From NCBI GenBank assembly GCA_963759185.1, contig CAVWXV010000021.1, positions 69,247-101,246 of the forward strand: a DNA stretch of 32,000 nucleotides, read 5' to 3'. This DNA comes from an uncultured Alphaproteobacteria bacterium (GTDB taxonomy: Bacteria > Pseudomonadota > Alphaproteobacteria > Rhizobiales > Beijerinckiaceae). The position numbers and the translations under genes were made by a program. Positions 7,357 to 15,898 of the stretch are shown one piece after another. The notes under the pieces are model-generated. The model was given only the letters and a program-made list of their open reading frames with translations, did no database searches and was not told the origin of the DNA. Position 1 is the first letter of the stretch; the number at the start of each line of letters is the position of its first letter.

Positions 7357-7474
7357 CTAGAGCGGGATGAGGAAAAGTGGGAACCGGTTTTCCGCCCGCG
7401 TCCCGGTCTAATGTTTTGGAATCGATCACGTTCATGACTTTCGATTGATTCAATCCAAAGTCATGAACGTGATC
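7357..7474. repeat. Family-A palindromic intergenic element, copy 1 (ctagagc / ggaaaagtgggaaccggttttcc module plus long terminal hairpin)
   Basis: The element has ctagagc at 7357 and GGAAAAgtgggaaccggTTTTCC at 7371-7393. A perfect 18-bp inverted repeat follows, GATCACGTTCATGACTTT (7424-7441) / AAAGTCATGAACGTGATC (7457-7474), with an inner GATTG/CAATC stem. The same modular layout recurs at 28462-28575 and, in variant form, at 12560-12664. Confidence 0.8.
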
Positions 7475-7490
7475 TAGGGAGCAGGACGAG

Positions 7491-8499
7491 ATGGCGGTGA
7501 ATGTCGCGATCAATGGGTTCGGGCGCATCGGACGCAATATTTTGCGCGCGATCGTGGAATCGGGCCGAAACGACATTCGCGTCGTCGCCATCAATGATCT
7601 CGCGCCGGTCGAGACCAATGCGCATCTCTTGCGCTTCGATTCGGTGCATGGCCGCTTTCCCGGCGAGGTGAAGGTCGCAGGCGACACGATTGATGTCGGC
7701 ACTGGCCCGATCAAGGTGACGGCGCTGCGCGATCCGGCCGAATTGCCGCATCGGGAGCTCGGCGTCGATATAGCGCTCGAATGCACGGGCATATTCACTT
7801 CGAAAGAGAAGGCCTCCGCCCATCTCAAGGCCGGCGCCAAGCGCGTGCTCGTCTCAGCGCCGGCCGATCATGCGGATCTGACGGTCGTCTTCGGCGTCAA
7901 TCACGAGAAGCTGACCCGCGATCATATCGTGGTCTCGAACGCTTCCTGTACGACCAATTGCCTGGCGCCCATCGCCAAGGTCCTCAATGATGCGATCGGC
8001 ATCGAAACCGGCTTCATGACGACCATCCATTCCTATACCGGCGACCAGCCGACGCTCGACACGGTGCATAAGGATCTTTACCGCGCCCGCGCGGCGGCGC
8101 TGTCCATGATCCCGACATCGACGGGGGCGGCCAAGGCGGTCGGTCTCGTCTTGCCGGAACTGCAGGGCAGAACTCGATGGCTGCGCCATCCGCGTCCCGA
8201 CGCCGAATGTCTCGGTGGTCGATTTCAAATTCGTCGCCAAGCGGGCGACGACGCCGACCGAAATCGCAGACGCCATCAAGCGGGCGGCCGCACAGCAGTT
8301 GAAAGGCATCCTCTCCTTCACCGAGGAGAAGAATGTCTCGATCGATTTCAATCACGACCCGCATTCGTCGATTTTCCACATGGATCAGACGCGGGTCATG
8401 GATGGGACTTTCGTTCGTGTCGTTTCCTGGTACGACAATGAATGGGGGTTCTCCAACCGGATGGCCGATACCGCCGTTGCAATGGGGAAGCTGGCATGA
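7491..8499 (+). pseudogene. gap: Glyceraldehyde-3-phosphate dehydrogenase, interrupted by a +1 frameshift near 8169-8172 (authentic lesion or sequencing artefact)
   Basis: The N-terminal frame (7491...) reads [20 protein letters not shown]...[17 protein letters not shown]...VLPELQG, then turns to nonsense. The C-terminal frame, readable from about 8172 (the ORF-track ORF for it begins at 8215) to 8499, reads ..[21 protein letters not shown]...[23 protein letters not shown]. Deleting one base in ggcAGAActc restores G-(K/R)[18 protein letters not shown]. The total length is 1009 nt, which is 336 codons plus 1 nt. Confidence 0.9.
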
Positions 8500-9722
8500 C
8501 GAGATCTGCGCCTTTGGCTCCTTTTCCCACTCTTGACGATGCCCAACTTGCCGGAAAAAGGGTGCTTGTCCGCGTCGACCTCAATGTGCCGATGGAAGAC
8601 GGGCAAGTCGCCGACGCGACCCGCATGGATCGGATTCTGCCCAATCTGCGCGAGATCGCGGCCAAGGGCGCCAAAGTTATCATCTTGTCGCATCTCGGGC
8701 GGCCGAAGAATGGGCGCGACGAGAAATATTCGCTTCGTCCCGTCGTCGGCGAACTCGAAAAACGCCTCGGCAAAAAGGTCGGTTTCGCCGAAGATTGCAT
8801 CGGCGAAGCAGCCGAGGCTGCGGTGGCCGCGATGCGCGATGGCGATTATCTCCTCCTCGAGAACACCCGTTTCCACAAAGGCGAAGAGAAGAACGATCCC
8901 GATTTCGTCACTGCGCTGGCGAAGCTCGGCGATGTCTATGTCGACGATTCCTTCTCGACCGCGCATCGCGCGCATGCTTCGACGGAAGGGCTCGCCCATA
9001 AGATGCCCTCCTTCGCCGGCCGCTCGATGCAGGTCGAGCTCGAGATTTTGACCAATCTTCTGACCAGCCCGGTGCGCCCGGTGATGGCGATCGTCGGCGG
9101 CGCCAAGGTCTCGACCAAGCTCGAACTGCTCGGCAATCTGATGCGCCGCGTCGACCGGCTCGTCATCGGCGGCGGTATGGCGAACACTTTCCTCGCCGCC
9201 ATGGGCAAGGCGATCGGCAAATCGCTCTGCGAAATGGAATTCGCCGATATTGCGCGCAAGATCATGGCCGATGCGGCGGGGGCGAATTGCGAGGTCGTCC
9301 TGCCGGTCGATGTGGTGGTAGCGCCCAAATTCGAAGCGCATGCGCCGACGCGCGTCGTCGATGTCGATCATGTCGGCCAAGACGATATGATCCTCGACAT
9401 CGGCCCGAAATCGGTGGCGAAGGTCGAGGCCCTGCTCGAAACAACCCGCACGCTGGTCTGGAACGGCCCGTTCGGCGCCTTCGAAATCCCGCCTTTCGAC
9501 GCTGGGACGGTGGCGGTGGCCAAGGCTGCCGCGCGGCTCACCAAATCCGGCCAGCTCGAATCGATCGCCGGCGGCGGCGACACGATCGCGGCCTTGAACA
9601 AGGCCGATGCAGCGAGGGAGTTCACCTATATTTCGACAGCCGGCGGCGCCTTCCTCGAATGGCTCGAAGGCAAGCGCCTGCCCGGCGTCGAGGCCTTGCG
9701 CGACAACTTCCGGCAAATATGA
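8496..9722 (+). CDS. pgk: Phosphoglycerate kinase
   Basis: [33 protein letters not shown]...[14 protein letters not shown]...GGGDT... are typical PGK motifs. The ATG at 8496 overlaps the gap stop as ATGA. Confidence 0.92.
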   Translation: MTRSAPLAPFPTLDDAQLAGKRVLVRVDLNVPMEDGQVADATRMDRILPNLREIAAKGAKVIILSHLGRPKNGRDEKYSLRPVVGELEKRLGKKVGFAEDCIGEAAEAAVAAMRDGDYLLLENTRFHKGEEKNDPDFVTALAKLGDVYVDDSFSTAHRAHASTEGLAHKMPSFAGRSMQVELEILTNLLTSPVRPVMAIVGGAKVSTKLELLGNLMRRVDRLVIGGGMANTFLAAMGKAIGKSLCEMEFADIARKIMADAAGANCEVVLPVDVVVAPKFEAHAPTRVVDVDHVGQDDMILDIGPKSVAKVEALLETTRTLVWNGPFGAFEIPPFDAGTVAVAKAAARLTKSGQLESIAGGGDTIAALNKADAAREFTYISTAGGAFLEWLEGKRLPGVEALRDNFRQI

Positions 9723-9796
9723 TCCGGACGCGCCATCCCATCGATCGGAGCGGCGCGACGCGGCATGTCGGGTGATGCAGCGGCAGGGAGCGGGGC

Positions 9797-10819
9797 GTGA
9801 ACAAGGATCAGCTCGAACGCATTGCGCAGGCCATGGTCGCCAAGGGCAAGGGCCTGTTGGCGGCCGACGAGAGCACGGGAACGATCAAGAAGCGCTTCGA
9901 TGCGATCGGCATCGCCTCGACGGCGGAGACGCGGCGCGACTATCGCGAGCTGATGTTCCGCACCCGCCCGGCGATGGACAATCATATTTCCGGCGTCATC
10001 CTCTATGATGAAACGATCCGCCAGACGGCCGCGGACGGGACGCCGCTCGTCAAGCTGATCGAGGCGGCGGGCGCCATCCCCGGCATCAAGGTCGATCTCG
10101 GTGCCAAGCCTCTGCCGGGCTTTCCCGGCGAGACGATCACCGAAGGGCTCGACGGGCTTGCCGGCCGGCTCAAGGACTATTACGGGCTCGGCGCCCGTTT
10201 CGCCAAATGGCGCGCGGTGATCGACATTGGCGAAGCCATTCCGACCAGCGCCGCGATTGCGGCCAATGCCCATGCGCTGGCGCGCTATGCGGCGCTCTGC
10301 CAAGAGGCCGATATCGTCCCGATCGTCGAGCCGGAAGTGCTGATGGACGGTGGCCACACGCTGACGCGCTGCTATGAGGTGACGGAAGCAGTGCTGAAGA
10401 GCGTCTTCACCGAACTCTATCAGCAGCGGATCTTTTTGGAAGGCATTGTGCTGAAGCCGAATATGGTCGTCCCCGGCAAGAAGGCGGCGCGGCAGGCGCA
10501 CGTCGAAGAGGTGGCCCAGGCGACGGTGCGCCTCCTCAAAAATTGTGTGCCTTCCGCCGTGCCCGGCGTCGCCTTCCTTTCCGGCGGCCAGTCGGATGTC
10601 GAGGCGACCGCGCATCTCGATGCGATCAACCATTTGCGGCCCTTGCCCTGGTCGGTCACTTTTTCCTATGGCCGGGCCTTGCAGGCGGCGGCGCAGAAGG
10701 CCTGGGCCGGCAGACCGGAGAATGTGTCGGCGGCGCAGGCTGCCTTCGCCCATCGGGCGCGGATGAACGGGCTCGCCGCGCTCGGCGAATGGGCGGCGCC
10801 GCTCGAAGGCGCGGCCTGA
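9797..10819 (+). CDS. fba: Fructose-bisphosphate aldolase, class I
   Basis: GTG start at 9797 with GGGAG upstream. KGKGLLAADESTGTIKKRF...LEGIVLKPNMV...FLSGGQS... are class I aldolase signatures, including the Schiff-base Lys context VLKPNM. Confidence 0.9.
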   Translation: MNKDQLERIAQAMVAKGKGLLAADESTGTIKKRFDAIGIASTAETRRDYRELMFRTRPAMDNHISGVILYDETIRQTAADGTPLVKLIEAAGAIPGIKVDLGAKPLPGFPGETITEGLDGLAGRLKDYYGLGARFAKWRAVIDIGEAIPTSAAIAANAHALARYAALCQEADIVPIVEPEVLMDGGHTLTRCYEVTEAVLKSVFTELYQQRIFLEGIVLKPNMVVPGKKAARQAHVEEVAQATVRLLKNCVPSAVPGVAFLSGGQSDVEATAHLDAINHLRPLPWSVTFSYGRALQAAAQKAWAGRPENVSAAQAAFAHRARMNGLAALGEWAAPLEGAA

Positions 10820-10889
10820 GTTTCCGGCCATCGCGCTTTCGCCCCAATTTTCGGCAAGCTCTACGACGGTTCTCTCTTTCCCACCCGAA

Positions 10890-11543
10890 ATGCAATTGCC
10901 GATGGCCGAGGCCGCGCCGCGCCTTTATCTGATTACGCCGCCGCTCGCCGAGGCCGCGGGCTTCGCGCCTATGTTCGAAGCGGCGCTCGAAGCCGGCGAC
11001 ATCGCCTGCGTTTTTCTGCGCACGCAGGTGCTTGCGGCGAGCGAGATCAAGAAGATCATCGCCGCGCTCGCACCGCTTGCGCAAAAACATGATACCGCCG
11101 TCCTCGTCGAAGATCCGCTGCTCGCGGCGCGCACCGATGCCGATGGCGTGCATGTCATAGGCACCGGGCCGGCGTTCGAGGCGGCGCTTGCCGCGATGAA
11201 GCCCGACCGGATCGTCGGCGTCGGCGGCCTCGTGAGCCGGCATGAGGCCATGCTGGCCGGCAAATCGGGCGCCGATTATGTCATGTTCGGCGGACCAGAG
11301 GAGACAGCAGAGGAGGCCCTGGACCCGGCTGGGATCCTTGAACGCACCGCCTGGTGGGGGGAGATCTTCACTCTGCCTTGCGTCGCCTATGCGGCTGCCC
11401 TTTCCGATGTCGCCCCGCTCGCCGCGGCGGGCGCCGATTTCATCGCGCTTTGCGACGCGGTCTGGCAAAATCCGCAGGGCGCCGCAGCTGCCATAGAGAC
11501 GGCGATGCGGGCGCTCACTGCTGCAAGCGAACCGATCCCATGA
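10890..11543 (+). CDS. Thiamine-phosphate synthase (ThiE)-like protein
   Basis: LYLITPP...DIACVFLR...ADGVHV...GVGGLVSRHEAMLAGKSGADYVMFG resembles the ThiE/TenI TIM-barrel family. The position after fba is common in Rhizobiales-type genomes. The start could also be the ATG at 10902. Confidence 0.65.
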   Translation: MQLPMAEAAPRLYLITPPLAEAAGFAPMFEAALEAGDIACVFLRTQVLAASEIKKIIAALAPLAQKHDTAVLVEDPLLAARTDADGVHVIGTGPAFEAALAAMKPDRIVGVGGLVSRHEAMLAGKSGADYVMFGGPEETAEEALDPAGILERTAWWGEIFTLPCVAYAAALSDVAPLAAAGADFIALCDAVWQNPQGAAAAIETAMRALTAASEPIP

Positions 11544-12562
11544 TGCGCATCGCTTATGGCGTTCTTCTGCTTCTGCCGGCGATCGTCATCGGCGCGCCGG
11601 CAAGCCTGGCGCAGACGGTGCCTCCACCTTCCGCAAGGCAGACGCTGGCGCCGGGACCCGCATTGCCCACGCCTAAATCGCCCGAAGCTCAGTCGGCGAT
11701 GCCGGAAGCCAATCCCGCCGACGAGCGCAATGTGGATCTCGCCTTTGGCGCCTTTCAGCGCGGCTTTTACGAGACGGCGCTCAAAGAAGCGATGAAGCGG
11801 CTCGCGACCAACAAGCATGATGGCGCGGCGATGACGCTCATCGGCGAGCTCTATAATGGGGGGCTCGGGGTGAAGGCAGACTATGCCGAAGCGGCGCGCT
11901 GGTATGCGGCTGCGGCGGCGGAAGGCGATGTGGAGGCAGCATTCGCGCTCGGCGTCGCGAAATTGCAAGGCAAGGGCGTGCCGAAGGATATGGCCGGCGC
12001 CGCCGATCTCTTCCGCAAGGCAGCGGCAAAGAACCATTCCGGCGCGCTCTATAATCTCGGCATGATGGAGCTGCAGAAGACCGGCGCCGCCCCGGATTTC
12101 AAAAAGGCTGCCGATTATTTCGGCCGCGCGGCGGATCTCAACTTTTCCGATGCCGCCTATGCGCTGGCGATCCTTTACCGCAGCGGCCGCGGCGTCGCGC
12201 GCGATGATAAGGTCGCGGCGCTATGGATGAGCCGCGCGGCCAAGGAAAACAATCTTCCCGCCGAGGTCGAATATGCGATCATGCTGTTCAACGGCGTTGG
12301 CGTCGGCAAGGACGAGAAGGCGGCGGCGACGCTCTTTCTCAAAGCCGCCGCCTACAACAATCCCGTCGCGCAAAACCGTGTCGCGCGCCTGCTCGTCGCC
12401 GGCCGCGGCATAGAGCAGAATCTGGTCGAGGCGATGAAATGGCATATTCTCGCCAGAGCCGCCGGCGAGAAGGACCCTTGGCTCGATGACGTGTTGAACA
12501 AACTCACGCCCGAGCAGAAGAAGGCCGTGCAGGCCGCCGTGCATCAATATGTGGGCTATTAG
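11540..12562 (+). CDS. Sel1-repeat (TPR-like) periplasmic protein
   Basis: The start MMRIAYGVLLLLPAIVIGAPASLAQ (signal peptide) overlaps the upstream stop as ATGA. Repeated ...AARWYxxAAxxGxxxAxxxLGxxYxxGxGVxxD... Sel1 units follow. The ORF-track start at 11354 lies inside the upstream gene. Confidence 0.8.
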   Translation: MMRIAYGVLLLLPAIVIGAPASLAQTVPPPSARQTLAPGPALPTPKSPEAQSAMPEANPADERNVDLAFGAFQRGFYETALKEAMKRLATNKHDGAAMTLIGELYNGGLGVKADYAEAARWYAAAAAEGDVEAAFALGVAKLQGKGVPKDMAGAADLFRKAAAKNHSGALYNLGMMELQKTGAAPDFKKAADYFGRAADLNFSDAAYALAILYRSGRGVARDDKVAALWMSRAAKENNLPAEVEYAIMLFNGVGVGKDEKAAATLFLKAAAYNNPVAQNRVARLLVAGRGIEQNLVEAMKWHILARAAGEKDPWLDDVLNKLTPEQKKAVQAAVHQYVGY

Positions 12563-12664
12563 AGCATGATCCGAAAAGTTGGCTCGACTTTTCGGATAAG
12601 ATCATGCGTCAAAATAAAGGCTTAGAGCGCGATAGCGGCTCAACCTCATGCAATCATGCTCTAG
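12560..12664. repeat. Family-A palindromic intergenic element, copy 2 (MITE-like, 11-bp terminal inverted repeats)
   Basis: The termini are TAGAGCATGAT (12560-12570) and ATCATGCTCTA (12654-12664). The inner hairpin is perfect: ATCCGAAAAGT (12569-12579), loop tggctcg, ACTTTTCGGAT (12587-12597). An internal cttagagcg motif is present. The element starts on the Sel1-gene stop codon. Confidence 0.75.
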
Positions 12665-12677
12665 CGGAAACCCCAGT

Positions 12678-13808
12678 ATGACACTCGCCACCGCTTGGAG
12701 TTTTGCTCGCACTCAGCTTCGCGATCACAAAGCGCAATTGCGCTATTGTCTGCGGCTGACCTTGGCCGGCCTGTTGGCCTTCGGCCTTGCGCAATTCGGG
12801 AATTTTCCGCTGCGCGGACTCTGGGCCGTCTTGACGGCTGTCGTCGTGACCCAGATGAGCATTGGCGGATCTTTGCAGGCAACCACTGAATATGTGGTCG
12901 GCACGCTCGGCGGGGCGATCTATGCAAGCGCGATCGCAGTGCTCGTGCCACATACGACAATGCCGGCGCTCACCGCGGCTCTGGCGCTCAGCATCGCTCC
13001 GCTCGCCCTTTTGGCGGCGCTCAATCCGAAATTTCGCGTCGCGCCGTTTACGGCGGTGATCGTGCTCTTCGTGTCGAGCGAGTTTCGCCAAAGCCCGATC
13101 GAATCCGCCATCTATCGCGTGCTCGAAGTGCTGCTCGGAGGGGTGAGCGCCATTCTCGTGTCGGTCTTGATCTTGCCCGAGCGGGCGCACGCAAGAGCGC
13201 TCGAAGCCGCTTCCCGCATCCTCGAACGTATGGCAGAAGTTCTGCCCGCGCTTTTGGCGGGTTTTACGCGCGAACTCGATGCCGATACGATCGCCCGCCC
13301 GCAGAATGAGCTCGGCGCCGCCATCACCGGCTTCCAGGCGATCGCGGCCGAGGTCAAGAGCGAGCGTCTGACCTCGCTTGTCCCCGAGCCGGACCATGCT
13401 TCGCTGTCGCGGACGCTGCTGCGGCTGCGGCACGATCTGGTCATCATCGGGCGCGCCGCTGCAGCACCTCTGCCCGATCCTTTCGCAAAGCGTCTTGCGC
13501 CGCTGATCAAGCGCCTCGGCGAGAGCATAGGCGATGATCTGCGCGCCAGCGCCGCGGCGCTCGTCTCGCGGCGCCCGCCGCCGTCGTTGGAAGCTGTGGA
13601 CGCAGCATTTACGGCCTATACGCAAGAATTCGCCGCGCTGCGCAAGGAAGGTTTTACGCGCACGCTCGATGCCCAAGAGGTCGAGCGCGTCTTCGCGCTC
13701 GGCTTTGCGCTGGAGCAATTGCATCGCGATTTGACGGACCTGCACCGCTGCGTAACGGAGTCGGCGCGAGTGCCGAAGGGGAGGGAGATGCGGAAGGGCC
13801 AAGGATGA
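12678..13808 (+). CDS. FUSC-family (aromatic acid exporter / fusaric-acid-resistance-like) inner-membrane protein
   Basis: The N-terminal half is hydrophobic (LRYCLRLTLAGLLAFGLAQF...WAVLTAVVVTQMSIGGSLQATTEYVVGTLGGAIYA...). The C-terminal half is soluble and helical. The alternative start at 12648 overlaps the repeat element. Confidence 0.7.
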   Translation: MTLATAWSFARTQLRDHKAQLRYCLRLTLAGLLAFGLAQFGNFPLRGLWAVLTAVVVTQMSIGGSLQATTEYVVGTLGGAIYASAIAVLVPHTTMPALTAALALSIAPLALLAALNPKFRVAPFTAVIVLFVSSEFRQSPIESAIYRVLEVLLGGVSAILVSVLILPERAHARALEAASRILERMAEVLPALLAGFTRELDADTIARPQNELGAAITGFQAIAAEVKSERLTSLVPEPDHASLSRTLLRLRHDLVIIGRAAAAPLPDPFAKRLAPLIKRLGESIGDDLRASAAALVSRRPPPSLEAVDAAFTAYTQEFAALRKEGFTRTLDAQEVERVFALGFALEQLHRDLTDLHRCVTESARVPKGREMRKGQG

Positions 13809-14122
13809 TCGGGGCTGAGATGGCATAGCCTCGCCCGCGCCGGCGAGAAGGATTCTGGGCGCGATAGAGTGCGGAACAAACCGACACCCGCGCAGAAGAA
13901 GGCTGTGCAGCAATAGTGAGGTATTGACCCCTTGCAAACACTCCAAATAGGACGCGCAATTTTTCTTTTTGTTATCCCTGCCCGATCCGCCTTTGTACAT
14001 TCGTCTCAGCGCAATGCATTGTAGACTGTCCGACCATAGACCAACGCAGGGATTTCACTTATGATCTGCGGGGACAAAGAACCACCCCTCACTTAAGGTG
14101 GTGCGCTGGGAGGTAGAGCGTT

Positions 14123-14590
14123 ATGAGCAGGAGCTTGTTTGTGTCCGCATTAGCGGCTTTGACACTGTTGTGGAGCGCCGGATTGACGAGCGCCCAACCT
14201 TTTGGCACGGAAAAGGCTGCGAAAGCCATGATCCAGCGCGCCGTTGTGGCTCTCAAGGCCGACCCAGCTACCGCGCTCGCCGAATTCAACGACAAGACTA
14301 ACGAACAGTTTCACTACCGCGATCTTTACGTGTTCTGCATCAACATGTCCGATGGCAAATTTACAGCGCAACTGAATCCGGCTCTGATAGGCACGGACTC
14401 CCGCGCCTTTAAGTTCGAGCGCGACCCGTTCGGACAAAGAGTCTACGACGCCATTAAGAGCGCGCCGGAAGGGCGTATTATCTCAGTTGGATACAACGCC
14501 CCGAGGCCGGGAACGACCCAGCCCGTCCCAAAGGTATCCTTTGTGGTGCGCATCGACGGCCGGGGTTGCGGCGTCGGCTATTACAGATAG
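14123..14590 (+). CDS. Secreted single-Cache (sCache_2-like) domain protein
   Basis: Signal peptide MSRSLFVSALAALTLLWSAGLTSAQP with GGGAGG 9 nt upstream. YRDLYVFCINMSDGKFTAQLNPALIGTD...GRIISVGYNAPRPGTTQPVPKVSFVVRIDGRGCGVGYY fits the single-Cache fold pattern. No transmitter domain is attached. Confidence 0.65.
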   Translation: MSRSLFVSALAALTLLWSAGLTSAQPFGTEKAAKAMIQRAVVALKADPATALAEFNDKTNEQFHYRDLYVFCINMSDGKFTAQLNPALIGTDSRAFKFERDPFGQRVYDAIKSAPEGRIISVGYNAPRPGTTQPVPKVSFVVRIDGRGCGVGYYR

Positions 14591-14795
14591 CCGGTCCGAC
14601 TGCCTTTGCGGCGATTTGCCGGTCTTGCGGTCCGCCACGACCTCGAACGTAACACGCTGGCCTTCTCTCAGCTCGCGCAGGGCGGCGCGTTCAACGGCGC
14701 TGATATGGATTACAACCACTTTCTCATCGGGAAGCATCCGATTTGAATGCAGTGCCATCCCACGTGACTTCTGGTTATGGCGCAGAGCCGTCCCT
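14483..14795 (-). pseudogene. Decayed cold-shock protein (CspA-family) gene
   Basis: The C-terminal two thirds are well conserved: VVVIHISAVERAALRELREGQRVTFEVVADRKTGKS. In the N-terminal third, read in frame right after a TAA (GTALRHNQKSRGMALHSNRMLPDEK), the RNP1 motif (KGFGFI) and the W/F aromatic residues are lost. The normal stop is also lost, so the frame reads about 100 nt into the convergent Cache gene. Confidence 0.55.
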
Positions 14796-14881
14796 TAGAA
14801 AGGGCGCCTCCCCTTAATCTAAATCAAAGCATCCCCATCCGCCGCCGCCATCCTCGCCGGATGACGGCGAGGTGATTCGGC

Positions 14882-15898
14882 ATGGCGAGGCGGGCACGAG
14901 TGGGTGCGGCGGGGTCTGCGACGGGACATGGCCCGAACGCGCCGGGCATCGCTCCCGAAATGACCGCCGTGCCTGCCGCCGCGATTCCGGACATTAATCT
15001 GCACCTCGCCAACAAGCTGCGCGAGGCGGCGGGGCTGCTCGCGGGCCAAAGCGACAGCCCGTTTCGGATCGCCGCCTATCGGCGTGCCGCCGATGCCATC
15101 GCCGGCCTCGACCAAGGCGTCGATCAGATCCTGGCTGAGGGCGGGGTCGCGGCGCTCGATGCGATTCCCGGCGTCGGGCGCGGCATTGCCGCGGCGCTCG
15201 CCGAAATGATCCATTCCGGCCGCTGGACCTATCTTCAACGTCTGCGCGGCGCCGCCGAGCCTGGCGATCTCTTCCGCATCATTCCCGGCGTCGGGCCGAA
15301 GCTCGCCAAGCTTCTGCATGACGAACTCCATGTCGAGACGCTCGAACAGCTCGAAGCCGCGCTGCATGATCCCAAGACGCCGCATATAAGAACGATCGGC
15401 CCGCGCCGGATCGCGCTTTTGCGCGCCTCGCTTGCGACGCTTCTCTCGCGCCTGCGCCCGGCGCCGCAGGTGCCTCTCGAAGAGCCGAGCGTCGATCTCT
15501 TGCTCGACATCGATGCCGCCTATCGCCAAGCGGCCGAGGCCGGCAGTCTGCCGAAGATCGCGCCGAAGCGGTTCAATCCGAGCGGCGAGGCCTGGCTGCC
15601 GATCATGCATGCGGAGCGCGGCCCATGGCATTTCACCGCGCTCTATTCCAACACGGCGCGCGCGCATGAGCTCGACAAGACCAAGGATTGGGTCGTGATC
15701 TATGCCCAGGCCGATCATGGCGGCGAGACCCAGCGCACCATCGTCACCGAGACGCGCGGCAAGCTCAAAGCTTTGCGAATCGTGCGCGGGCGCGAGCGGG
15801 AATGTCTGAATTTCTATGAGGCGAGCGAAAATCTGGCTTCAGCGCCGGAGCAGGGTGAGGCGCCCCCTCACCTTGCCCGCGGATGCGCGGAAAAATAA
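14882..15898 (+). CDS. Helix-hairpin-helix DNA-binding protein related to the PolX (pol beta-like) N-terminal region, without a recognisable polymerase palm
   Basis: NLHLANKLREAAGLLAGQSDSPFRIAAYRRAADAIAGL resembles the 8-kDa lyase-like domain. Two HhH motifs are present (IPGVGRGIAAALAEMI, IPGVGPKLAKLLHDEL). The C-terminal roughly 130 aa (…WHFTALYSNTARAHELDKTKDWVVIY…) have no DxD catalytic motif. The start could be ATG 14960. The 3' end overlaps xerC by 31 nt. Confidence 0.65.
   Translation: MARRARVGAAGSATGHGPNAPGIAPEMTAVPAAAIPDINLHLANKLREAAGLLAGQSDSPFRIAAYRRAADAIAGLDQGVDQILAEGGVAALDAIPGVGRGIAAALAEMIHSGRWTYLQRLRGAAEPGDLFRIIPGVGPKLAKLLHDELHVETLEQLEAALHDPKTPHIRTIGPRRIALLRASLATLLSRLRPAPQVPLEEPSVDLLLDIDAAYRQAAEAGSLPKIAPKRFNPSGEAWLPIMHAERGPWHFTALYSNTARAHELDKTKDWVVIYAQADHGGETQRTIVTETRGKLKALRIVRGRERECLNFYEASENLASAPEQGEAPPHLARGCAEK

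Noticed and set aside
8385-10831. Long antisense ORFs 8385..9716 (-, 443 aa) and 9626..10831 (-, 401 aa). The same applies to 12654..14000 (-), 20663..21724 (-), 21824..22789 (-), 25906..27822 (+), 28795..30204 (-) and 14819..15718 (-).
   Set aside because: Each lies opposite a gene with unmistakable family motifs (pgk, fba, FUSC, purL, the NirA-family gene, the TPR protein, the HhH protein). Each has the Arg/Ala/Gly/Asp-rich composition typical of stop-free antisense frames in high-GC DNA.
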